From Felis catus (lineage: Eukaryota): DNA of 64,000 bases. The notes under the pieces are model-generated. The model was not told where the DNA came from. It saw only the letters and a program-made list of their open reading frames with translations, and made no database searches. A program made the translations under genes and the position numbers. Shown piece by piece: positions 38,955 through 51,640 of the stretch; positions within the stretch are counted from its first letter, which is position 1, and each line of letters opens with the position of its first letter. The DNA lies in contig NC_058368.1 in NCBI RefSeq assembly GCF_018350175.1, positions 162,690,001 to 162,754,000 on the forward strand. Reading direction: 5' to 3'.

Positions 38955-39170
38955 GGGGCACCTGGGTGGCTCAGTCAGTTGAGCAGTCAACTTTGGAGCA
39001 GGTCATGATCTCAGTTCGTGGGTTTGAGCCCCATGTTGGCCTCTGTGCTGACAACTGGGAGCCTGGAGCCTGCTTCAGATTATGTGTCTCCCTCTCTCTC
39101 TGCCCCTCCCCTGCTCATCTCTGTCTCTGTCTCTCAAAAATGAATAAACATTAAAAAATTACAAAAATAA
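38955..39170 (+). mobile_element. Carnivore/felid SINE
   Basis: TSD TCACCCTAAATGT (38942-38954 / 39172-39184). Confidence 0.94.
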
Positions 39171-39387
39171 ATCACCCTAAATGTAATTGTTTCTCTACTC
39201 CAAAATGGTGTGGTACTGTTGAAGTTGACAGATAGAAACAGAGATAGAATAGATATATATATATCCAAATGTGTGAATAATGGAAACAAAAGATCTTACA
39301 GAACTCCATGTGTGGTAGAAATACAGTCTGAGCATTCCACATGGTTTCTCATATCACAGTATTATTCTTAAAGTGTCTTTCTTATTT

Positions 39388-39436
39388 TTCACTTATTCTA
39401 TTATTCACTTATTCTATTATTATTCACTTATTCTAG
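39388..39436. repeat. Short tandem repeat, three copies of TTCACTTATTCTA
   Basis: Seen directly. Confidence 0.85.
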
Positions 39437-41526
39437 ATCATTCATTTTCATGATGTTTCACTTTATTTGAGAAAAAGAGAACGAATATTTACATGAATCT
39501 TTTAGCATTACTGGGAAAAACAAAGTAACAATCTACTCTTAGAAGTGCCTATTTATTAGCATTTATTTATGCAAGTAGGAAAATAAAGGCAGGTCATGTG
39601 TAAGAAGTGCCACGTTGGTCAAATACCTCCTGATTTGTATTTTTCTCTTCATAAGCTTCTTTCTCCTTTCAATCACTATATACCACTAAGATCTCAAGAA
39701 AGGAAATAGATAAATATTATTACAGAAAGGAAACACTGATTTAAGGGAGATCCTGACAGAAGACATCTTGGAAAACAGCTGGGGATGACAAAAAAAAAAA
39801 AATTGACATGTTGAACAATCCCAAAGAGAATACATTACCAAGTTATCAGAATTAAAATTGTTTGAGTTGCTGAATTTGAATGAGTTTACTGTATTATAAA
39901 TTAATATAGAGAGGTCGGCATGGAAGGACATGAGAACTGTGCTAGCCTACAAGGTCATAGCATTGTAAGAAAAAGCAGATAAATTATAGGAAGTAAACAC
40001 TATTATTTGAATACATAAATATCAAAACATAAATATTTAGCCCTAATACATGATTTCACATAATGGGTTTATTATTCCTAGAAAATTTATTTTGTGAGGA
40101 AAGGATGTTAGTCCAATGCCTTACCTCATAATTCTTCACCCTTTCTATATATTAATATGGGGGGGGGGATGCAACTTTTCCCCTTTAAAACAAAGGTTGA
40201 TGTTAGCATAATACGAGCCTCTCTACTTCCAAATTTCAAATGATGAAATGCAAATTTTGGAATACCAGGAATGACCAAAAGGATTTTTTAAGCATGTGAC
40301 TTCAATTAAAGCTAGATGATACGTTAGGCTGGGAGAGAAAATGTGATTTGGTAAAAGCAGCTTCTCCACCCTCAGTAGGCTTGTCCTTGCTTTTATGACA
40401 CTCAGTAAGAAGGCACTTTACCTTTGTTTTTAGATTAAGTACGATTTGTCCATGTTCCTGATGGCTCTCCGGTGTCATCTTTGTACTGTAGCGATGTTAT
40501 AGAAGAAAACACAGAGCTGATCCATATCCATATCATTTTGAAGGCAATCTTTTTCTACCTATTGATGGGCCAGTTTCTAAAATAGTATAACTGAAGATGG
40601 AGATTAAGCTCCATTTTCCTAGATGACTCTTATAAAATATCAATGAGAGACAGATAGCAAGAATCTGAAAGTATGGCAGTATTTTACAACTAGAATTTTT
40701 TTTTGCTTTTTTTTTTAATTCTGAAGTTTTTCTATTAGGATGTTCCTTTAAAGGCGGAATCAATGATGTCAAGAACTTTTCAGAAACCCCATGCTCTGGA
40801 TTTCGTGATACAATAAAGCTTTTGCACAGATGCCTGCTATTTATTTACTTATTTGTTTTGCTACACAAAGAAAAATCTCATTCCTGAAAGCAGAGATGCT
40901 GACTTGATTTCTCTAAACTTAGAGAATTAGAATATTGTGAACATGGAAAAAAAAAGATCTCTGGATCCCCAAAGTTACAGGTAACAAATAGCGTATGAAA
41001 GAACAGGGCCAAATAGTCAAAACTAAGAATGAATAGCATATTATTATTACAGTAATTATTACAAAGAATAATATATAATTATGATTAATTAATACCATAT
41101 TTAATTACATAAACCCATATTTCTTCTCATAATTTCATTCTAATCGAAGGAAAGGCAAGTGGTATGCAAGTATCCAGGCTCCGATCTATGGATACCCCTA
41201 ACAAATCCTTTAAATCTCACCATTAAATAAAGAACAGTAACTGCATTTAAGAGCTCCTTTTATTTATGGACATAGTTAATTAAAAATAAAAGAGTACCCT
41301 TAATTGAGAACTCCATTTCCTAATATTTATTCCTTTGAACCACCTAATTCCACGGCAGATAATGTGTATAATCATGAGAGAAAAAACGACAAATCATCAG
41401 ACCTTTCTTTTTAAGTTTGGTAATTTTCAAGAAACTTTGTTCTCACACATAAGGAAAAACAAGTGAGAATATTTGTATTGTCTGTAGTTTGCCCTTTTCC
41501 AATTTCAAAGCTTTAACCAGATCTTT

Positions 41527-41527
<1 letters not shown>

Positions 41528-41565
<38 letters not shown>
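41528..41565. repeat. Long poly(T) run
   Basis: About 38 consecutive T. Confidence 0.95.
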
Positions 41566-41568
<3 letters not shown>

Positions 41569-42394
41569 AAAAGAGTGTTGCAGGGTAGGAAAACAAAATC
41601 TGCTTGAAGCCAAATCTTGGCTCTGTTTTTTGAAAAACAATTAGTCTAGTGAAAACATTATTTTAAGTGTGATGGGGAGTGGGGGAGAGGAAGAGACAAA
41701 TCTTCTAGAGGGTTATGACCATTCATATTGGGAAGTAAGCCAAAGGAAAAAGAAGTCAAATTAATGCAGTTTTCTTCCCTCTGAGAAGACAGCAACCCTG
41801 AAGAGTATTTTAATCCTTTTTTCAACATTTTCCCACCTCTTCATATTTGCCAGCAGTGATAAAAGCCAAGAGAATGCATTGAAAGGGTGGTAAAAAGGTC
41901 AATTGAAGATTAGAGGAAGATAAAGAGGCATCTGGGGGTAAAGTAGCATTTCTATTTCTCTTCTAAATTCTCTGACAGTGGCAATGCTGGGCCAGTAAAC
42001 TTTGATGTGATATAACTTTATTTCTGATTTATTTTGTGAAGAGAAGTAAAAGTTATAAAAGGTAAATAGTGATTACAACTGGTTTATTTATACTGCTGTT
42101 TCTTTCGTTTTATTTATCAGTGGGAAAAAAGTCAAATGTTGTCAAACAATGTAGATGATTTCCTATGGTCTTCTACTTACCCAGGGCTTCTGTTAGTATT
42201 CAGTAAATTTTATGATGCATGTTATTATTTCTAAGTATTGAAACCCATTTCCTGGACTACGTTTAGTTATAGGTTGTTCAGAACAATCATTTACTGGATG
42301 TAAACCTGCCTCAAAAAGATACTTTGTGTGTGTGTTGTTTGCAGGGAGAAGGGAATGAGGTTTCATGTTACTGTACCTAAAGTGTATTCTTTCA

Positions 42395-42560
42395 TTTTAT
42401 AGTGGTTAATTTGAATAACAAAGTCATTTAATCTTCTCAAATCTCCATTTCCTCATCTATTAAACTCACCTGAAAAGGTTGTGTGGACTCAAGAATTTAA
42501 CATAGGTGAAGACATTTGGACTGGTTTTAGGAACATAACAGGTTTTGAATATATCTGATC
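42395..42560. mobile_element. MIR relic
   Basis: AAGTCATTTAATCTTCTCAAATCTCCATTTCCTCATCTATTAAA MIR core. Confidence 0.6.
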
Positions 42561-42641
42561 TGTATTGATTTCGTAAAGTGCCAAATATGAGATAATTTGA
42601 ATGCATGCAAGGATATATATGGCGTGTTCTGTACTCTACAT

Positions 42642-42868
42642 CTTTTTTTCATTTTTTAAATTTATTTACTTATTTTAAGAGACAGAGAGAGCATGAGCAG
42701 GGGAGGGGCAGAGAGAGGGAGAAAGAGAATCCCAAGCAGGCTCCGCACTGTCAGCATAGAGCCCAATGTGGGGCTCAGTGCAGGGCTCACACTCTGGAAC
42801 CTTGAGATCATGACCTGAACCAAAATCAAGAGTTGGATGCTTAACCACTGAGCCATCCAGGTGCCCCT
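42642..42868 (-). mobile_element. Carnivore SINE
   Basis: Ends GAGCCATCCAGGTGCCCC; TGTACTC on both flanks. Confidence 0.92.
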
Positions 42869-44466
42869 GTACTCCATTTCGGAGGCACTTTTTATACCTA
42901 GGCCAGTAGCAGACCAATAAGATATAACCAATAAACTTTTTACATTTTAGCATTATGTTTCTGATGATGATTTGGGAGAGGTCCCTTACGTTAATTCCTG
43001 TCTGAACCGTCGGGAACCTTTCTACCAACTGTTTCAGCACTGACTGAATGGTCAGCAACACCAGCACTATTGACAATACCGGAAGACTCAAAGTTAATTG
43101 GGCTAGCAGTCTGCTTATGTCCCATGGATCGACTTCCCCCATGCTTCTCTTCTCCCCAGTTGTGGTACTCCATCATGATTTTAGTCATGACCTTTTTTTT
43201 ATTGCTTAGGAAAAAATTACTAACAGGTCATGGATAAGCCACATAGAAAATAGCAAGCTCATAATAAATATGCCATGGAACAAAATGACTGGCAGATAAT
43301 GCCCTGGTATAGGAACTAGGTGGCTAGAGGACACATTTACTAGATTTGTGTGACAAGGAATGTAATTTTTATGATTTGTTTAAGGCAGAGATTTCCACAT
43401 CTTCTTTAAAAAAAATAGACAATATGATAAAAGAAATGTATGTTTTATGCTAGCACTATGAGGACACTTTGACATTTCTTTCCATTTTCTGACAGCTGTT
43501 TTTGCAAGTTTCTCTATAATATTTCCATAAATCAGTAGCTGAGTATATAAAATTATGCAGTCTCCATAAAATCACAGAAAACCTTCCTTAGGTAACTAAC
43601 TTCAATATTTTCAAAGTCTTTGTTTTATATATTTTAAATGTTAGCTTAAAATGTTGGTTTAAATTATAAGCAAGCAACTTCCTGGCACTTTCAGCAGGTT
43701 CCATATATGGGTCAAACCTGCTCCCATGACTAGAAAATTCCCTCAGGATGCCAGCAAGTAGGGCAAAGGTCTGTGAATAAGCTCCCTAGGATGTGCTGAG
43801 GGAATGTGGTTGGGCATTGACAGCATCTTAGTTTAGTAAGAAATTCTAGAGTCCAAAGATTTATGATTTGAATCTGTGTGACCTTGAGGCAAGTAATGGA
43901 ATAAGTATAGTCAACAAGAAGAGCAATGTGTAAATCCAGTTTTGGTAGCGCTGAGAATGTGATTCTATTCGGAGAATCAGAAACACATGTCTTGGACTTG
44001 AGAACTGATTCAGGCAACTTATATACAATATAAACAAGAAGAAAGTTGGAAACAGGAGAAAAAATGGCATCCAGGAGTCAAGAGAAAAAAAAAAAAAACA
44101 AGCTTAAAGCTTAAAGAACCAGATATTTAATAACATGTCATTTGTATTGGCATTAAACTAATAGCATTATGCTAGTTTTGCAATATTGGAATTTTTTATC
44201 CAAGATATTTTGCCTTTCACATTGATTTGGAGATGTATCAAAGTTCACGGAATATTTGGTTTTGCAATATTAAATTTTCACCTATCACTGATCTAAGGGT
44301 GGCTATATGAGGAAATGTACAAACTAATATTTACAAAAGTAGATATAGTTCCCCAAGACCTTAGTTTTCAAATGTTGAAGAATAAATTATTCTTTGACTT
44401 TCAGAAACAATACCCTCAGGAAAGCCTGAGAACAAATGTAAAAAAACTGAAGTCAAAACTAAGTTC

Positions 44467-44655
44467 AGGGCACCTGAATGACTCACTTGGTTAAGCATCT
44501 GAGTCTTGATTTCAACTCAGGTCATGATCTCTTTGTTCCTGGGATTAAGCCCTGCATCTGGCTCTGCACTGACAGTGTAGAGCCTGCTTGGGATTCCACC
44601 CCCCCCCCTTTCTCTCTCAAGTAAATAAACTTTGAAAAAAAAAGAAAATTAAAAA
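44467..44655 (+). mobile_element. Carnivore SINE
   Basis: GGGCACCTGAATGACTCACTTGGTTAAGC head; A tail. Confidence 0.88.
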
Positions 44656-45151
44656 AAACACAAGTTTTATCTTAGTTAATTCTGAGTGATTAAAAACAAG
44701 ATACTTCATTGAAAACTAGTCTGTAATCTTACTTATTTGTACACACTATCATATACCCCAGATTTTCCCTTGCCTTTGTTCAATATTAATGCTGTTTTAA
44801 TATTCACGAATTCATAAATAACATAAAATAACACTATCACTGTAAAGTTAGCCACTGTTGGGATTGCACGTTACTGTTCCAGGCAGTGTCATAGTTCAGG
44901 TCCAAGAGCCTCGTATTTTGTGACTAGAGAAAATATGATGAAATACAAGCATGTCAGAAAGGTACTAGTAGGAGGGAAGAGAAAAAAGACTGCGAGGTCC
45001 TTTTTGGGAGATCCTTCAGGCTTATTATTTCTCGTGGTAGCATCTTAGCAACATTATGAACTTTTTCTTTTATTAATTTTAAAGCTTCTAATATATATTC
45101 AGTGAATTCAGTACATGATTTCTCATTTTCTCAATCTTAAAGCTTCAGACT

Positions 45152-45627
45152 TGATAAAATGAAGGAAATTTTCAACTTTTAATGTTTGTGGGCCCACCCT
45201 GCTCAAAAGGGTCTCAGAGGAACCATACTTTAACAGTCACCCAAATCAACAAAACCTCAAAGCACGGACTCAGTTTCTGCCCAGAGTACACATTGTACAT
45301 CTGCTTCATTAACAGATAACCTTGGAGGAAACATTCTATACATAAAGATAGGAGTAAAACCTCCCTAGTTCCCACAGGATTGGAATCATGCAGTCCTGCA
45401 TATATTAAAAGCTTAAGATAAGGTCTGTTACTTTCTGCAATGCCTTTTGATTTGTAACTCTTTATGTAAAAAGTATATATAACCCTGAATGGTCCTTCCG
45501 TGGAGCACTTTCTTCTTTGTGAACGAAGATCGTGTATCACCGGCAGCGGTCCTAACTTGGACTTGAATAAAACTCTTTTCCTTTACCTTTATTTTTTTTT
45601 AAAAAGGTGTATTCATTTGTATTGACA
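45152..45627 (+). mobile_element. ERV1-like solo LTR (~476 bp)
   Basis: TG...CA termini with 4-bp TSD GACT (45148-45151 / 45628-45631); TATA-like GTATATATAAC near 45473; AATAAA near 45566. Confidence 0.75.
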
Positions 45628-46435
45628 GACTGCTTATCAGTAATGGAGAAATAATGATTACTTTGATTTTCAGAGTACTTTATTGTTGTTTGTACACAGA
45701 CCTTTTTAATTCACAAAGCTCTGTGGAGCACATAACTCTTAAGGCACACATTGACCTAAAATTTATTCCATGTGAATGACTCACAGAATCTGCCTTTCTG
45801 ACCAAGTCCTGATTGTTTTAATGCCATAAGCTGCCTGTATTTAGTTTTCAACAAAATAATGTGCTTCTGAGCATAAAAATGAAGTATTCTGTTCCCAGAA
45901 TACTTCTACTACTGTGGTCAAAAAAAAAAAAAAAAAAAAAAACTTTACCTAAAACTCAAGGTTTGATTTCCTCTATGAGAAAAAAAAAAAAAAAAAGAAA
46001 GAAAGAAAGAATATGTGTGTGGGTGTGTGGACACTGAAAACTTGGAGTTATATTTAACCATTCATAGCAAATGAATCTAAAACACTTTTTTTTTTTTTAA
46101 ATAAATGCTGGCAAGCATTGAGCCTGTATCCATACAAGGTAGAAAAAACTTGGCAATGAATCAAGACTTTTTGCATTCCCTTGACTGATTACATTCTTCA
46201 CTGTTTAGCTAATTATTCTGGCATCATGTGCAGACACAGAGTCCGTGTACATTCCATATTTTCAGATAAATCCCAAATCTCAGAAATCAGGACTTTGAAC
46301 AAAGTGTTCAAACAATGGGCTTCCCTTTGAGATATATCAATTCCTGTGCATCTTTTTCATAAATACATGCATGAAATAGAGTGAAAGATGATATGCTATC
46401 AAAGGTGTATCAAAGTTTAAGAAATTGTAACGGAA

Positions 46436-46625
46436 GGGGGGCGCCTGGGTGGTTCAGTCAAGTGTCTGGCTCTTGATTTTGGCTTAGGTCATGATCTCAT
46501 GGTTTGTGAGTTCAAACCCCACATTCAACTCTGCACTGACAGCACAGAGCCTGCTTGGGATTCTCCCCTGTCTCTGCCCCTCCCAAACTCACTCTCTCTG
46601 TTTTTCTGTCTCTCTCTCAAAATAA
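46436..46625 (+). mobile_element. Carnivore SINE
   Basis: TSD AAGAAATTGTAA. Confidence 0.92.
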
Positions 46626-47004
46626 AGAAATTGTAATTGAAGGAAAATTTTAGACATTCCACTAAAACACCCACAAAACCCTTTGTAAGTCTATGTTATT
46701 CTCCATGAAAATAGTTTCCCTGAATAAATCAAAAGGTTTAACTTTAATTTAATCTTTATATAAGTAATACATAGAGTTTAAAATGTCAAACAGTGCTGAG
46801 ATCTTAATAAGTTCCACTAACACTGACCTCTTCACCCCACTCCCCCCACACATATACCAACCTACTGACTAGAGATAACTATTTTCAAGTTTGTTTTCTG
46901 TTCCTTCTTATTTACTAGTTACTAAATAATATTATTTGTTGTTAATTCATTGTCAGTTTTAGATGGTATCCACTAATTTCTTATTAAGATAGGTGAAAAT
47001 ATAT

Positions 47005-47250
47005 TATTTTTATTGAAGTAACATTAACACACAATGTTATATTAGTTTTAGATGTACAACATAATGATTCAACAAATCTATCCTTATGCTAAGCTCTCCA
47101 CAAGTATGGCTACCATCTGTCACCACACCACGCTATTACAATACTATTGACTATATTCTTCATACCATACCTTTCTTCCTCATGACTTAATTCGTTCCAC
47201 AACTTGAAGCCTTTACCTTGTACTCTTCATCCATTTTGCCCATCACCTTC
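47005..47250 (-). mobile_element. L1 3' end fragment (older carnivore/L1MA type)
   Basis: TATTGAAGTAACATTAACACACAATGTTATATTAGTTTTAGATGTACAACATAATGATTC. Confidence 0.8.
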
Positions 47251-47426
47251 CAAAATATCATATTTCTTACGTATTGCCCTCCATTCATTACCTATTGTAA
47301 TAATTTTTATCCAACCTGTGTTCAGTCATTTATTACTTGTATTATCACATGCTTCTAAAATAATTATTATAATTATGCTTCTATTTATATCAATCTTGGT
47401 GGTGGTGGTGTTTTCTGGCAATCCGT

Positions 47427-47492
47427 CCCTTCCCTTCCCTTCCCTTCCCTTCCCTTCCCTTCCCTTCCCTTCCCTTCCCTTCCCTTCCTTTC
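47427..47492. repeat. (CCCTT)n pentanucleotide microsatellite
   Basis: Seen directly. Confidence 0.95.
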
Positions 47493-49242
47493 CCTTTCCT
47501 TTTTATTTGTATGTTACTTATTTTTGAACCTTGGGCTGTTTTATCCAATATTGTGGCCATCAGTGTCTAAAACACATTATCAGATTCTATTTGCCAGGCT
47601 CATGTTTTCAGTTCCAGCCTCACAAGTAACTATGCTAAATTTTGTATGTTTGTATCCTTCAGCTCAGCTCCTCATCTCTTCCTTCCTCTTTGACTAGTTA
47701 CGGTCTTCACTGGTTAAATTTTGCTGGAGAATTTATTTCCCTTATTCCAATTATTTTTGAAATATCCAGTTGAGGCTATTAGAACCTATTGTAACAAAGC
47801 ATTTTGAAACAACTCAGGAAATGTAAACAATTCAATTAATCAATTTATCAATAAATATTTATATTTAATCAATATCAAAAACCTGCTTGATATTCTGTGG
47901 GAGAGAATGGGAGAAAGTTGTTGGACATGTTCAGGTGTATAAAATAATAACAAGAATAATAGAATCTTTCTCTTTAATTATTAAAACATACTATCAGATG
48001 CCATTCTCTATTTTCATAGAGAAGCATTGGGTAAAAAAGCTGTCAGTTCTGAATAAACATTAGGATTCTTATCTAAATCGACATGTTTAGAAGTAAGCCT
48101 CAGACATAGCATTATATAAATCATTAGGCAAATCTAATGTGTGAGCCAGGTATGGAACTTGAGACAAGAACCTGGGTTTGGAGATCAGCTATACTACTTA
48201 ATTGTTATTTGACATTCTTAAATTGGCTTAGTTCCTTCATCCCTAAGAAAACTGTATTATCCAAATCTTATAGTTATGTAAAAATCATATATGAAATCTA
48301 AGATAATGATTACTTTTTCTTGAGAATAAACATGTACCAGGCGCTAAACTAAGTAGTTTTACATATAGCTTTTAATAGGCATTCTAACAGTACATGGCAG
48401 ATATCTACTTAATCTAAATATAAAAAGTAGAAGCTTAGAGATGTTGAAAGTGTCACTCAAGGTCACACAAACAGTATTTTAGGAAATGGTTTTCAAACAC
48501 TGCTATGGTCATTGAAGAACTTAAACTCTTAGATACTATATTGGCAATAATAGGCCCTTAAGAAGTACTGGCTATTTTAATTTTATTTGGAGAGGCCAGC
48601 TGGGTTATTGGTATTCTTGGCAAAACTTATCACCCTCATAGACTGAGAAAAACTCTCTGGAAATGCCCTCTATTCCAGACAAATAAAGGGCCCTCATGTT
48701 ACACTAGCAGTGTTTCCTCAGAGGACCTCTCTGCCAACCATTGAATCTGAATGAATCTGAATCTGTTCCGATTCAGAAGGACAAGCTCCTTGGTCAAGTT
48801 CTTAACTGTAAAACAATAGGAATGATCTGAATCACTCCTAATGGGGCAAGTCATCTAAACTCTCTGAGCCTTAATTTAATAGAAAATTTAAAAATGAGGT
48901 GTGTCTAAATGATTTTAGTTACTCAAAAATTCCATCTAGTTTCATGATTTTTCATCATTTTTAACACATTTTTTCTTTTCTGTCTTACTTTTAAGAAAAA
49001 GTATGCTTCACAGAAATTTTAGAAGTTATATCAGAAATCCCTTGGTACCTACGTGTTGACATTCAGTTGATGCATTTAGGTACAACATTGTCTTATCAAC
49101 CCTCAGGCTGACACACTTCATGAATGATAGAATGAGTCATACACTTATTTCACTATTCTTCAGTGTGATTTAAAAATATTTTTTAACTTTTATATTGCAC
49201 AAAATAATTTCTCATGGAAATGTGATTGAAGAAGAAAGTTTT

Positions 49243-49475
49243 GGGGTGCCTGGGTGGCGCAGTCGGTTAAGCGTCCGACTTCAGCCAGGTCACGATCTCG
49301 CGGTCCGTGAGCTCGAGCCCTGCATCAGGCTCTGGGCTGATGGCTCGGAGCCTGGAGCCTGTTTCCGATTCTGTGTCTCCCTCTCTCTCTCTGCCCCTCC
49401 CCCGTTCATGCTCTGTCTCTCTCTGTCCCAAAAATAAATAAAAAACGTTGAAAAAAAATTAAAAAAAAAAAGAAA
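49243..49475 (+). mobile_element. Young felid SINE (SINEC_Fc-like)
   Basis: CpG-rich, very similar to 9551-9795; TSD AAGAAGAAAGTT. Confidence 0.95.
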
Positions 49476-50299
49476 GAAGAAAGTTCTAAATCAAAATAAT
49501 AATTTCGTAACTCAAAATTGGAATCACACCTGCATTAAAAAAACCACAAAACACCTGCAATACTTCCAAGTGTTGATAAACAATTCTATATTATTTGTTT
49601 CTAAAATTAATTGGGAAGTAAGACATCTGAGATTAAAAAATACAGTATTTTTGAGTAGCATAGTTCAAGAGTAACCCAATGTGAAAAAAAAAAGCTAGTT
49701 TTTCTGTTCTTATTTCTACACCATACGTCCTTATAACTGAATTTTCATATTGTATTTCAATAAAAACAGAATATGGAAATGAATTGGTTAGTCTTCCTGA
49801 CATAAGTATTTATTACAATGTTTACTCGATAAGAAAACTTAATAATATAGTATTGCCAGAGTCCAGAACCTACTTTGCAAATTAATTCCTACCTATTATA
49901 AACTTGAAAAACCCAAAGTCTTTTTTCTCATACAATTTCTAAAAGACATGAAAATTATGTGTACTTTTTTAAAATCAGAATTTTGCATGTCATATTTGGA
50001 TGTAATTTAACATTTTAAAATATTTTCTTTTACTTTCAATTTTGTAAAGATACATCATTCGAAGTTGTATAATTTCCTTCAAAATTTCATTTGTCTAAGA
50101 GATCTTGTTCTTTTCCCTATCTTAACCTCATATACTTCCATTGGTATTCCATGTATGTTATTTTTTATGTTATTTTTTTAATGCTCTGTAATCATAATTT
50201 GTCAAACAGTCCTGCAAAGAGAGTATCTTTCATACTTTTTAAAATTATTATGTTCTTCCACGATTACTACTGGATGATTTACAATGTCACTCTAATCTA

Positions 50300-50566
50300 T
50301 CTTTCTTTTTTTTGTTTGTTTTTCAATCTATTTCACCCCTCTTCCTCCACACCTTCTCTCTGGAAACCACCTGTTTGTTCTCTGTATTTAAGAGTCTGAA
50401 TTCGTCTTTTTTATGTTTTGTTTCTTAAATTTCATGTATAAGTGAAATCATATGGTATTAGTCTTTCTCTGGCTTATTTCACTTAACATTATATCCTCTA
50501 GATCCATCAATGTTGTTGTAAATGGCAAGATCTAATTCTTTTTTCATAGTTGAGTAAGATTCCATT

Positions 50567-50599
<33 letters not shown>

Positions 50600-51640
50600 T
50601 ATACATATATATATACACACATATATATGTATATATATATATGATATTCCATGTCATATAATTTTATATATATATATATGTATATATGTATATACACCAT
50701 ATATATATATACACATATATATATGTATATATATATATACACACATATATACGTACCACATCTTCTTTTCTATTCATCTATCAGTGGACACTTGGGTTGC
50801 TTCTATATCTTGGCTATTTTAAATAACGCTGAAATAAACATAGAAGTACACATATCTTTTTGAATTAGTATTTTCATTTTCTTTGGGTAAATACCCAGTA
50901 GTGGAATTACTCAATTATACACTAATTCTATTATTAATTTTTTGAGGAACCCCCACAAGTTTTTCACTGTGACTGCACCAATTTACATTCCCACCAACAA
51001 TGCATGGGGATTCCTTTTTTTTCCACATCATCATTAGCACTTGTTATATCTAGTCTTTTTGATTCTAGCCCTTCTGACAGGTGTGAGGTGATATCTCATT
51101 GTGAATTTGAGTGGCATTTCCTTAATGATTAGTGATGTTGAGGATGTTTTCATGTGTCTGTTGGCTATCTGTATGTTGTCTTTGGATAAATGTCTACTCA
51201 GTTCCTCTGTCCTTTTTTTAATGGGATTGAGTGTGTGTGTGTATGCATGTGTTGAGTTGTATAAATACTTTATATATTTTTGATATTAACTTATTGCATA
51301 TATCATTTGCAAACATCTTCTCCCACTGCATAGGTTGCCTTTTTGTTTTGTTAATATTTCCTTGTTCTTTCCTTTTCCGTGCAAAATCCTTTTTATTTTG
51401 GTTGTAGTTCTGATAGATTAAATTTTCTTTTGTTTCCCTTGATTGAGGAAACCACGTCATTATTATACTGGACTAAAGATTAAATCCATTTTGGATTTGT
51501 TTTGTGTGTGGTATAAGTGGTCCAGTTTCATTCTTTTGCATGTCGCCGTCCAGTTTTCCCAACACCATTTGTTGAAGAGGTTGTCTTCCCCAGTGTATAT
51601 TCTTGCCTCTTTTGTCATAGATTAATTGGCCATATAAATT
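50300..51640 (-). mobile_element. L1 ORF2 3'/3' UTR fragment with a complex (TA/CA) microsatellite (50568-50752)
   Basis: Minus-strand translations NKTKRQPMQWEKMFANDI and YGQLIYDK match the L1 ORF2 C-terminal region. Confidence 0.9.

Noticed and set aside
39388..39436. Short direct repeats as a CRISPR-like array (also 1931-1978, 10290-10320, 18340-18370)
   Set aside because: Two or three copies without unique spacers in mammalian DNA: ordinary slippage duplications
40410..40560. CpG-containing segment with a minus-strand donor-like AAG|GTAAAG and a 33-aa ORF
   Set aside because: No recognisable peptide and weak signals; insufficient support
42675..43142. 155-aa minus-strand ORF
   Set aside because: C-terminal part runs through a SINE; N-terminal part has no recognisable domain
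50479..50863. Tyr/Ile-rich ORFs
   Set aside because: Translations of a TA/CA microsatellite within an L1
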